A DNA stretch of 40,000 nucleotides from Clostridiaceae bacterium HFYG-1003 (GCA_024579835.1 CP102060.1:1795558-1835557); one strand, 5' to 3'. Shown: positions 8,238 through 16,472, numbered from the stretch's first letter. Notes: generated by a model from the sequence alone, not told the origin. Made by a program: numbers and translations.

Positions 8238-11200
8238 ATGGCTAATGACTTTTCCGTGAAGTTTGCCAGGAATACCAAGGCAAACTTTCTTGGCATGCTT
8301 CATCAGGGGAATTACAGTTTGAAGTGGTCCCTCTCGGGGGCAAAGGATTCGGCGGTTAAAATGGTTGAGTCTACTTCCCCGTCCTCTGATCAAGCTTGGG
8401 ATTTGCCAGGCATTCACTCTTCGGTCCGCTATGGAGACATCCTGTCCGCCACGGATCTGGAATATGTGGTTTCCGGTTCTGTCGTGAAAGAAAATCTGAT
8501 TTTAAAACAGGCGGGACTCCCTACCAGCTATGTCTTCACCTATCAACTGTCTAACTTGATCGCGAAGAAAATAGATTCAAGGGTTGTGTTTTATGATCTG
8601 AACGATTCTTCGAAGGAAATCTGGGCTCTGACTGCTCCCTTTGTATATGACGGCAAGGATGAAGCATCAGAAGCTGATCTGTCCCTGAAGGATCTGGGCA
8701 ACGGCAAGATCGAAGTCACCCTGTCGGTGGATCCGGCCTGGCTGTCTTCGCCGGAGCGCGTCTATCCGGTGGTCATCGATCCGCCGCTGCGGACGTCTTC
8801 GCTCACCTCGGATATCCAGGATGCCCATGTCTCGCGCCTGGCTCCGGATAAGAATTTTACCACCACCGATTATCTCTCCATCGGTTCCTCCGATACCCCA
8901 GGCAGCCTTTGCCGGGTCTACTTAAAGTTCAATCTTCCCAGCCTGGACCCATCGGATGTCGTGGTGGATGCCAACCTGAACTTACAGGTACGCAAGTACG
9001 AACTAGCCTCTTCCAGCGAGGTCTATCTTCATCGGGTAACTTCAGACTGGAGCGATGAGACCATTACCTGGAATAATATACCAACCCACGAAAGCCTGAT
9101 TGGGGAATATGATCGATTCGCCAAGGCGGATGAGGAAGTTTCCTTTGATGTAACCCAAATGGTACGGGATTGGTATGGTTCGGGTAAAAACTATGGTGTC
9201 ATGCTAAAGAACGCTGATGAAACAGGAAAGTTCGCTACCTTCTATTCCGGGGGTACCACCCTCAGCGGGAAAACTCGGCCATATATGACCATGGCTTACG
9301 TGAACAATGATGGCCTGGAGCCTTACTGGGATTATCAGACTGCATCAGCCGGGCGGGCAGGAAGTGTTCACGTCAACTACTTCACCGGCGCCCTGACTCT
9401 CATCCATCCGGATACCGCAGCTTCAGGCAACCGCCTGCCAGCTCCGGTCAGCCATGTATTTGGCAACACGAAATCCACTGATGCAAAATATGGCTTGGGA
9501 TGGCGGCTTAACTACAGCCAGACCATTAAAAAGATGATCTTTGGAGGGGAGACCTATTATCGATATTACGATGAGGACGGAACAGCCCATTATTTCAACC
9601 AAAGGGATGGGAAATGGCTAGAAGAAAATGACGATCAGTGGGAACTGACGATTAATACCAGCAAACCGGAAGAACAATTTAAACTGGAAGATAAAAGTGG
9701 CAATCAGCTGATCTTCCGTTATGACTCGGTCCATGGGCTGCTGTCTAAAATTGCCGATGCCAATGGCAACACTATTCACATCGAAACCGGTGCCAACGGA
9801 CAAGTAACTCAAGTAACCGATGGAGCCGGAAGAGCTACGAAGTTTATTTACTCAACTGCCGGTCAACTCACCACAATCAAAGCACCGGATGGGAAAGAAA
9901 CAACCTATCACTATACCAATAACCGCTTAACCAAGATCACTTATCCTGATGGGAAGTCTTCCCTTTATACCTATGACTCAACCAGCGGATATCTGACTTC
10001 GGTTCGCAACTTTGACAGCTATGGTTTGAATCTTTCCTATACTTCAGTCAAACCCTATAAAACGTCCAAAATAACCGAAGTTGGGACCAATGGGACGCTG
10101 GGAACTTCCATCAGCCTAGCTTATGGATTAAACAACACGAAATTAACGGATGGTACCGGTCGTACAAACATCTATCAGTTCAACAATATGGGAAAAACCA
10201 TTTCGATCCGGGATCAGGAAGGTTCCGCCTCGTTCTCCGAGTACAACAGTAAAGGCGCAGGCAACTCGAACAAACTGACCCTATCCTCAAAATTGCAGCG
10301 CACGGTCATCAACCTCATCCGAAATCCCGGATTGGAACGCGATACCGACTGGTCATCCAATGCAGTGAATGGCTCAATCGGCCAAGTTGAAAAAATCAGT
10401 ACTATGCCGCTTATGGGATCCTATTCCAAACTGATTTCCAAGACCAACCCGGATGGTCTCCACCAAATCACTCAGAGCCAAACCCTGGAAAAAGGCAAAA
10501 CCTACACATTGTCTGCTTGGATGAAGCCAACAGAGCTCGCATCCGGCGCTTCTACAGGGGCCTACCTGCGAATTCAGTACACCAATAGTGCGGGCACAGC
10601 CAGCTATCAGTACAGCCCCTTTTTATCAGGTACCAGCACGGATTGGGAACGGAGAGAATTCACCTTCATGCTGCCCTCTGATGCCGCTTCCACCACGGTA
10701 TACCTTGGCATTGGAATCCGGGCAACCACAGGAAATCTTCTGGTCGATAACATCCAGCTGGAGGAAGGCACTCTGTCCAACCGTTACAACTTAATCGAAA
10801 ATGGGGATTTCAGCTATAAGGGATTAGGTTGGATCTCCTGGCAGGATGACTCAACCGATGCCGCGGTGATCACAACTTCCGATCCGGCTCACCCCACTTC
10901 CTTAAGTGACCAGGTGTATCCCATCAAGGGTGATTCAACGCAGAATCATGCCATCGCGCAAAATGTCAAGGTCAACGGTGGTAAGGGTGACACCTTCGTG
11001 TTTGCCGGCTGGGGAAGATCGGACTCATTGCCGGTGGAACCTTACCGCCATTTCTCTCTTTGCCTTGGAATCAATAACACGGATGGCACCACGACCTGGA
11101 AAACCATCCATTTCAACGAAGAGACCAAAGACTGGCAGTATCTGGCCGAAGAGGCCGTGGCCGAGCAGCCATATACCTCTGTGGATCTTTTCCTCATGTA

Positions 11201-13835
11201 CTACAAAAACTTAAACACCGGGTATTTTGACGGGCTGCAGCTCTACAAGGAAACCTTTGGAGAATCAACTATTTATGATGAATCTACCGGTAATCTGACC
11301 TCCTCAACTGATCTCTCGGGCAACACATCAGAATACGGATATACCACAAATGATGATCTCACCACTGTGACCGATCCTTTGAAGAATACCACCACGGCAT
11401 CTTATGATGATAATCATCAGGTGACGGGAGTAAAAACAACAGAAGGCGAGAATACCAGTTTCACCTATGACCAATATGGTAATGTCACAAAGACAAAAAC
11501 TGGAACGACTCCCTTTATTGAAAGTCATTCAAGCTATACCGAGGACGGCAATTTCATCAATACCATGACCGATCCTTTGGGCAAGGTCATCACCTATGAT
11601 TACAATACCGTCAATGGCTTGTTGAAAAGTCTCACCGACGCAGCTGGAAAAACCACGACCTATACTTATGATGATGCTACCGACCAGCTTAAAGGTGTGT
11701 CCAAGCAAGTGGACGGTCAAACAGTGGCAGTAGGTTACACCTATGATGGGGATGACCTGTCAGGCATTAACCACAATGGCTTCTCTTACTCCTTCACGAA
11801 GGATGTTTTCGGTCGAGCCACTGGGGTTAAAGTCGGCAGCCAGAGCCTGGTCGGCTACAAGTACGACTCGCGTGGAAATCTGACCACCACGGAGTTTGGC
11901 AACGGCCATAAAACATTAGTAGAGTATGATCCTCTGGATCAGGTGAAAGCCTATAAGGTATATAATAGTGGTACGGGAAGCTATGAAACTAAGTTCCGTT
12001 ATGAGTATGATGCTTCAGGAAACGTCGGCTATGAGTACGATGCGGTAAACAACCTATCTCATCGCTACTTCTATGACATGTCCGATCGTCTGGTTAAAGA
12101 AACGGTCAGTGACAGCAGCAGCCTCAGCATGGGCTTTGACCCAAACGGACAAGCGACCCAGATCACGGAGAGCTTTGGCGAGAAAAGCTACAACACCGCC
12201 TACACCTATGATAAGGACGGCAAGCTAACTAAATTGACTAATGCCGGTGGATCGATGACCCGTACCTATGACAGCCTGGGTCGCCTGGTCACAATCACGC
12301 TTGAGGCAGGATCAACAAATGCGATTACCAGTTACACTTACAAAGCGGGAACTAACGGCAGTACCAGCAACTTGGTCGAGACGGTCACGGATCCGGACAA
12401 GACGATAAGTTATACCTATGATGATAACGGCAACATCAAGACCATTAACTCTGCCGGCAAGCTCATCACTTATACCTACAACGAATTAAGTGAACTAGTC
12501 CGGGAAGACAATGAAGTAATAAACAAGACGATCACCTATCGCTATGATGCCGGCGGCAATCTCCTGGAGAAGAAGGAATACGCCTGCACTACGGATCCCT
12601 TAGGAACCCCTGACAAAACCATCTCCTATGGGTATGCCGATACCAACTGGAAAGACAAACTGACCAGCTTTGACGGCAAAGCCATAACCTATGATGCCAT
12701 TGGCAACCCCTTAAGCTTTGACGGCTGGACCTATACCTGGGAAGAAGGCCGCCAGCTTAAGACCCTGTATAAAAACGACACCAGCTTAAGCTTCAAGTAC
12801 AACTCCAGCGGCCTGCGCACGGAGAAAAGTGTCAATGGTATTTCGACCAAATACATCTACCTAGACGGAAAAGTAGCCTTTGAAACCACAGGAACTGAGA
12901 CGATCCACTACACCTATGACGGAAGTGGGGCGCCCTTCTCCATGACCTATAACGGCAGTGAGTTCTTCTATCTCACGAACCTCCAAGGGGATGTGACAGG
13001 ACTTGCTGATGCCACAGGCGCCACTGTTGTCAGCTACACCTACGACAGCTGGGGTAAGCTCATGAGCACCACCGGGTCTATGGCAACTACACTTGGTGCA
13101 AAGAACCCGTATCGCTATCGCGCATACCATTATGATACCCAGACTGGACTATATTATCTCCAAAGTCGATACTACAATCCTGAGAGCGGTCGATTCATAA
13201 ATGCAGATAGAGCTGAGATTGTAAACGACCACCATGAAGAATTGAGTAAAAATCTTTTTACCTATTGTAGTAATAATCCAGTTAATAATTTTGATAATAC
13301 AGGAAATTGGAAAATTCCTAATTGGGCAAAAATTACCATAGGGGCAGTTGCCATTGTAGCAACAGGTGTAATAACCGCTGCAAGTGGTGGTTTAGCAGCC
13401 CCAGCAATGTTAGGAGCTCTACAAGTGGCTGGGCATTCTGCCGTTCTTGGCTCAGTGGTTGGCGGATTATCTGGCCTAGTAAAAAATGGCAAGAAGGGAA
13501 TCATAAGTGGTGCTATTGATGGTGCGATAAACGGTTTTATGTGGGGTGGTGTTGGGGCAGCAGGCGAAACATTTGCATCAAAAGTACTTTCAAAAGCCAT
13601 TTTTAATGGGAATGGAGGTTACGGGTTTAAAATCGGAAAGAAATTCGAAGCTTTATATAAAAATCCCAGTAAAAAAAGCGGAGGAACTATTATTTCACAT
13701 GTAAAAAGTAGGGTCAGGCTAGATTTAGACTTCACACATGGTTTGCACGCACACTGGGGTAAAGGAAAAGCAGCTAAAAAAATTCATCGAAGTTTATACC
13801 CGTGGAACTTTGGGAAACCGAAAAAATTCTGGTAG
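8238..13835 (+). CDS. RHS / YD-repeat polymorphic toxin (WapA-like wall-associated protein) with an unrecognised C-terminal toxin region
   Basis: 1865-aa track ORF. It has a DNRLRE-like N-terminal domain (SDIQDAHVSRLAPDKNF...RVYLKFNLPSL), two CBM-like segments (NLIRNPGLERDTDW...LVDNIQLEEG) and dozens of YD repeats (YTYDDNGNIKT, YRYDAGGNLLE, YKYDSRGNLTT...). The core closes with YYLQSRYYNPESGRFINAD...NLFTYCSNNPVNNFDNTG. The coding frame is open upstream to 7863, but 8238 is the first ATG/GTG/TTG in that frame. Confidence 0.9.
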   Translation: MANDFSVKFARNTKANFLGMLHQGNYSLKWSLSGAKDSAVKMVESTSPSSDQAWDLPGIHSSVRYGDILSATDLEYVVSGSVVKENLILKQAGLPTSYVFTYQLSNLIAKKIDSRVVFYDLNDSSKEIWALTAPFVYDGKDEASEADLSLKDLGNGKIEVTLSVDPAWLSSPERVYPVVIDPPLRTSSLTSDIQDAHVSRLAPDKNFTTTDYLSIGSSDTPGSLCRVYLKFNLPSLDPSDVVVDANLNLQVRKYELASSSEVYLHRVTSDWSDETITWNNIPTHESLIGEYDRFAKADEEVSFDVTQMVRDWYGSGKNYGVMLKNADETGKFATFYSGGTTLSGKTRPYMTMAYVNNDGLEPYWDYQTASAGRAGSVHVNYFTGALTLIHPDTAASGNRLPAPVSHVFGNTKSTDAKYGLGWRLNYSQTIKKMIFGGETYYRYYDEDGTAHYFNQRDGKWLEENDDQWELTINTSKPEEQFKLEDKSGNQLIFRYDSVHGLLSKIADANGNTIHIETGANGQVTQVTDGAGRATKFIYSTAGQLTTIKAPDGKETTYHYTNNRLTKITYPDGKSSLYTYDSTSGYLTSVRNFDSYGLNLSYTSVKPYKTSKITEVGTNGTLGTSISLAYGLNNTKLTDGTGRTNIYQFNNMGKTISIRDQEGSASFSEYNSKGAGNSNKLTLSSKLQRTVINLIRNPGLERDTDWSSNAVNGSIGQVEKISTMPLMGSYSKLISKTNPDGLHQITQSQTLEKGKTYTLSAWMKPTELASGASTGAYLRIQYTNSAGTASYQYSPFLSGTSTDWERREFTFMLPSDAASTTVYLGIGIRATTGNLLVDNIQLEEGTLSNRYNLIENGDFSYKGLGWISWQDDSTDAAVITTSDPAHPTSLSDQVYPIKGDSTQNHAIAQNVKVNGGKGDTFVFAGWGRSDSLPVEPYRHFSLCLGINNTDGTTTWKTIHFNEETKDWQYLAEEAVAEQPYTSVDLFLMYYKNLNTGYFDGLQLYKETFGESTIYDESTGNLTSSTDLSGNTSEYGYTTNDDLTTVTDPLKNTTTASYDDNHQVTGVKTTEGENTSFTYDQYGNVTKTKTGTTPFIESHSSYTEDGNFINTMTDPLGKVITYDYNTVNGLLKSLTDAAGKTTTYTYDDATDQLKGVSKQVDGQTVAVGYTYDGDDLSGINHNGFSYSFTKDVFGRATGVKVGSQSLVGYKYDSRGNLTTTEFGNGHKTLVEYDPLDQVKAYKVYNSGTGSYETKFRYEYDASGNVGYEYDAVNNLSHRYFYDMSDRLVKETVSDSSSLSMGFDPNGQATQITESFGEKSYNTAYTYDKDGKLTKLTNAGGSMTRTYDSLGRLVTITLEAGSTNAITSYTYKAGTNGSTSNLVETVTDPDKTISYTYDDNGNIKTINSAGKLITYTYNELSELVREDNEVINKTITYRYDAGGNLLEKKEYACTTDPLGTPDKTISYGYADTNWKDKLTSFDGKAITYDAIGNPLSFDGWTYTWEEGRQLKTLYKNDTSLSFKYNSSGLRTEKSVNGISTKYIYLDGKVAFETTGTETIHYTYDGSGAPFSMTYNGSEFFYLTNLQGDVTGLADATGATVVSYTYDSWGKLMSTTGSMATTLGAKNPYRYRAYHYDTQTGLYYLQSRYYNPESGRFINADRAEIVNDHHEELSKNLFTYCSNNPVNNFDNTGNWKIPNWAKITIGAVAIVATGVITAASGGLAAPAMLGALQVAGHSAVLGSVVGGLSGLVKNGKKGIISGAIDGAINGFMWGGVGAAGETFASKVLSKAIFNGNGGYGFKIGKKFEALYKNPSKKSGGTIISHVKSRVRLDLDFTHGLHAHWGKGKAAKKIHRSLYPWNFGKPKKFW

Positions 13836-13843
13836 AATAAACA

Positions 13844-13922
13844 AATGACTTAATAATACAAGTCATTAAAACGATAAATTAAAACGAGTTTTTATTTATT
13901 TTAAAACTCGTTTTAATTTATC
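13844..13922 (+). terminator. Two consecutive hairpins after the RHS stop codon
   Basis: The first is AATGACTT (13844-13851) / AAGTCATT (13860-13867). The second is a 20-bp perfect stem, GATAAATTAAAACGAGTTTT (13873-13892) / AAAACTCGTTTTAATTTATC (13903-13922), with a T-rich loop. Confidence 0.6.
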
Positions 13923-14067
13923 TAAGGCAATTTCCAGGATACCAATATAGGGATAATCATATATACTTCCCTACTTCTAGCCACTGAAGAGCAAATGATA
14001 TGTTCATAATAATTCTCATTTAATTAAAACATAAATTGCAATAAAAATTTAATAGGAGTTAGTCTAA

Positions 14068-14655
14068 ATGCGCTACAATAAAAAGATCCTTAAAAACGGA
14101 ATTCATGAAGTTGAAATTACTGGTTTCGATATTGAAACCGCTGAATCAAAAGAATTGTTAAAAACTATTATTAGCCTACTAACCTCTGGAATCGAATATT
14201 ATTTTCATTTTTCCAATGAAGATAGTTTTTTTCTAGAAGATGATGAACTGGTTAAGTGTAGACACGATGTTCCAAATCAATTCTCTTCTGATAATTATCT
14301 AGTACCATTTAAGATTGATGATGAACATTTTGATAGCATTGGTTTTCTGCCAGTCAATAATCAAACCTACGAAAAAATTCTAGACTTTTGGAATTATTTT
14401 GAAGGAATGACTTTTTTCACTCCAAAAGATGTTAGCAAGGAATTGTTTAAAAAATCATATAAAATAGAACCGCAAGAAAATGGAGTGGGTTACTTAGATT
14501 CTAACTATGCCGAATCTGTGTTTAATAAGGGACATGATAGAGATTCACTTGTATTTTCATATACACCAACCTATGATGATCAGAGTCTTAAAGTCATTTT
14601 AGACAGAATTGACAAAGAGAATCATACACGTAATTATAGCTGGTTTAATTGGTAA
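14068..14655 (+). CDS. Hypothetical acidic cytoplasmic protein; candidate immunity protein for the RHS C-terminal toxin
   Basis: 195-aa track ORF with AGGAG 9 nt upstream of the ATG. It is the first gene downstream of the toxin, on the same strand, in the same AT-rich block (18/60 GC in line 14101-14160). It is D/E-rich with no TM segment and no recognised family. Confidence 0.5.
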   Translation: MRYNKKILKNGIHEVEITGFDIETAESKELLKTIISLLTSGIEYYFHFSNEDSFFLEDDELVKCRHDVPNQFSSDNYLVPFKIDDEHFDSIGFLPVNNQTYEKILDFWNYFEGMTFFTPKDVSKELFKKSYKIEPQENGVGYLDSNYAESVFNKGHDRDSLVFSYTPTYDDQSLKVILDRIDKENHTRNYSWFNW

Positions 14656-14698
14656 CACCCCCTGGTAGGATCGACATTTAGCATGGTTTTCGCAACAT

Positions 14699-14725
14699 AA
14701 ACCCCGGATCACTCCGGGGTTTCTC
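14699..14725. terminator. Hairpin terminator between convergent genes
   Basis: 9-bp perfect stem AACCCCGGA (14700-14708) / TCCGGGGTT (14713-14721), loop TCAC, followed by TTTCTC. Confidence 0.6.
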
Positions 14726-14804
14726 AAATGCTCATATCAAAAAGCTCTCTGCATTCCAGGCACCAGTAGATCTCATCCCGGATCCTACCCATCAGGGATG
14801 TCTG

Positions 14805-14984
14805 TCAGTCCGGGCAAACTGCCGTACCTGTAAAGTCCGAGTACTGAACAGGACCAGCCAACTGCTTGTACCTAGTTACCGTGTTCAGGTTGACGTGTAC
14901 CATCCGCCCATCTGCCTGATAGATTTGGTTTCCAGTCCTGAAATATTCATCGATTGCTGCCTTCAAGAAGTCTTTTTCACTCAT
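14805..14984 (-). CDS. Hypothetical small protein (59 aa)
   Basis: Track ORF 14805..15035. I moved the start to the internal ATG 14984, preceded by GAGGTGAGACGA. It sits in a ~52% GC patch (31/60 in line 14821-14880). No family recognised. Confidence 0.4.
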   Translation of the reverse strand: MSEKDFLKAAIDEYFRTGNQIYQADGRMVHVNLNTVTRYKQLAGPVQYSDFTGTAVCPD

Positions 14985-15033
14985 TCGTCTCACCTCGTTA
15001 GTTCGTACATACATTCTAACATTAAGGTTGGAC

Positions 15034-15075
15034 AAAAAGAAAAAGCCAGGAAAATCCTGAGCTTTTATTTCTATT
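15034..15075. terminator. Terminator closing the three-gene PIN cassette
   Basis: Stem AGCCAGG (15044-15050) / CCTGAGCT (15056-15063) with one bulge. An A-run lies upstream and TTTTATTTCTATTTT downstream, so it could act on both strands. It begins about 6 nt after the PIN gene stop at 15081. Confidence 0.55.
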
Positions 15076-15080
15076 TTAAA

Positions 15081-15707
15081 CTACGGCTTAAAAGGAATAA
15101 GAATACTTGAACCTACGTGATTTTTATACCCTCCCTTTTTTATAGGTATGACATTTATCCCATTTATTTTTGAGTAACCGAAATCACCAGTTGCTATGGT
15201 GTTAATCCCATATTCAAATGCCGTAAGAACAATTCCAGTATCACTAACTTCAACACAACCATTAAACTGCTTTTGTAGTGTCATGACCCGTGTACAATAA
15301 TCCGTTGGATTCTCTAAAACATCTACCATGGATAGTATATCAGACATAGCCGCGTCCCTATTTGCAGCAACCGTTTGAAAGTAATTGGGGCAGCGGATTT
15401 CTAATTCTTTCTGAAGCTTCTTGAATCCTTGGTTACCTTTATAGTTTCCAATCGAAATATTGTATTGAATTGCTAAATCTTGAGTATAAACCCTCTGTAT
15501 AATATCCATCAATTCATGTTGAATAGTTTGAGTAATGTACATGTTAATGTTGCTCGAAGTCAAATTACTGATTAGATCTACAGCATTTTGTTGATGATAA
15601 GACTGCCCGTCAAGAATATCGATAAACACGTTAGTATCCACTACAACATCCGATATTCCAGGATGAGAAGTTATGTTTTCTGGAAAAATAATATTTGCAG
15701 CCATCAC
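15081..15707 (-). CDS. PIN-like nuclease domain protein (208 aa, longer than VapC)
   Basis: Track ORF. Acidic residues follow PIN spacing: VVVDTNVFIDIL (first Asp), QHELMD (Glu), VSDTGIV and IATGDFGY (distal Asp residues). Start is GTG 15707 or ATG 15704, overlapping the upstream stop (GTGATG). Line 15421-15480 has 17/60 GC. Confidence 0.6.
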   Translation of the reverse strand: MMAANIIFPENITSHPGISDVVVDTNVFIDILDGQSYHQQNAVDLISNLTSSNINMYITQTIQHELMDIIQRVYTQDLAIQYNISIGNYKGNQGFKKLQKELEIRCPNYFQTVAANRDAAMSDILSMVDVLENPTDYCTRVMTLQKQFNGCVEVSDTGIVLTAFEYGINTIATGDFGYSKINGINVIPIKKGGYKNHVGSSILIPFKP

Positions 15708-15868
15708 TTCACCCGCGAAATATTGTTATATGGTTCTAGGTTGATAAATGCTTTCGGGCTAGGCGCATTTTTCTTTAAATTGTCAATTGCTTTTCGAGCG
15801 ATAAAAACCCGCTCTGATGTAGTTTTATTATTAATTGATTCAATGGGCCGTTTAATAATTTTAGGCAT
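15704..15868 (-). CDS. Small basic protein (54 aa), antitoxin-position partner of the PIN-like gene
   Basis: Below the ORF-track size cutoff. My translation is MPKIIKRPIESINNKTTSERVFIARKAIDNLKKNAPSPKAFINLEPYNNISRVK. Its TGA stop (15706-15704) overlaps the PIN start. It begins 4 nt after the upstream stop. Confidence 0.45.
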   Translation of the reverse strand: MPKIIKRPIESINNKTTSERVFIARKAIDNLKKNAPSPKAFINLEPYNNISRVK

Positions 15869-15872
15869 GTAA

Positions 15873-16283
15873 TCAACCCGCTTTCACAAAATAAAGTTTT
15901 TTCTCCTCCTTAAAAGAATCAGCTTCTACTTTTAAAACATATTCACCTTCATCTTCAATGAAAACATTTTTAAGGGGAAGATTCAGATTAATGCCAGCTA
16001 TCTCTTTCGGAACAGAAGGATTAACTTGGATACTTGTATTAATCTCGGCAGCTGCTTCGAAAAGTAATCGATCGGTCCTAGGATTCATAAATGATATTTT
16101 CAAATTGGCTGGTTCCAATGGGAGGCCTTTCAACATAATAAGTGCTGAAAAAGAAAAAGTGCTTGGCAAAACTTCTAATATAAATGATGCCGTCGGACTA
16201 ACAACCGCAGGTTTAACAATACCCTTTGCCGAAGTAGGTAAATCGATAACGTCTTCGCAAAATATAATATTCTCGAGATTCAT
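15873..16283 (-). CDS. Hypothetical 136-aa protein, first gene of the PIN cassette
   Basis: Track ORF with GAGGTGA RBS 5 nt before ATG 16283. It looks mostly beta-strand, has no TM segment, and I cannot name a family with confidence. Confidence 0.55.
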   Translation of the reverse strand: MNLENIIFCEDVIDLPTSAKGIVKPAVVSPTASFILEVLPSTFSFSALIMLKGLPLEPANLKISFMNPRTDRLLFEAAAEINTSIQVNPSVPKEIAGINLNLPLKNVFIEDEGEYVLKVEADSFKEEKKLYFVKAG

Positions 16284-16319
16284 TCAAATCACCTCTATAA
16301 TCTTAAGATTTGTTTTATA

Positions 16320-16350
16320 ATTGTACCACACTTTACTTTATATGTATAAA
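16320..16350 (-). promoter_or_regulatory. Candidate sigma-A promoter of the PIN cassette (extended -10)
   Basis: The minus strand reads TGgTACAAT (-10 hexamer at 16325-16320, TG at 16328-16327). The -35 is weak (TATACA-like). It lies between the lysis-cassette terminator and the cassette RBS. Confidence 0.45.
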
Positions 16351-16407
16351 GCCCTATGTTTTTCTCTCGGAATGGTGGAGCGAATAGTGGATGGGGCTTG
16401 TTTATAA

Positions 16408-16443
16408 TAAAAGAGCCCCCGGATTGCTCCGAGGGCTCTTTTT
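16408..16443. terminator. Strong bidirectional terminator ending the lysis cassette
   Basis: AAGAGCCC (16411-16418) pairs with GGGCTCTT (16433-16440), plus 4 inner pairs and loop TTGC. It is flanked by A-runs and T-runs. Confidence 0.7.
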
Positions 16444-16472
16444 AATGTCATAACTATGATTTAATAACTATT

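Noticed and set aside
8076-8417. 113-aa minus-strand ORF.
   Set aside because: It is antisense to the open RHS reading frame and has no RBS.
13262-13600. 112-aa minus-strand ORF rich in A/P/T.
   Set aside because: It is the antisense shadow of the glycine/alanine-rich toxin segment (GGN/GCN codons read backwards).
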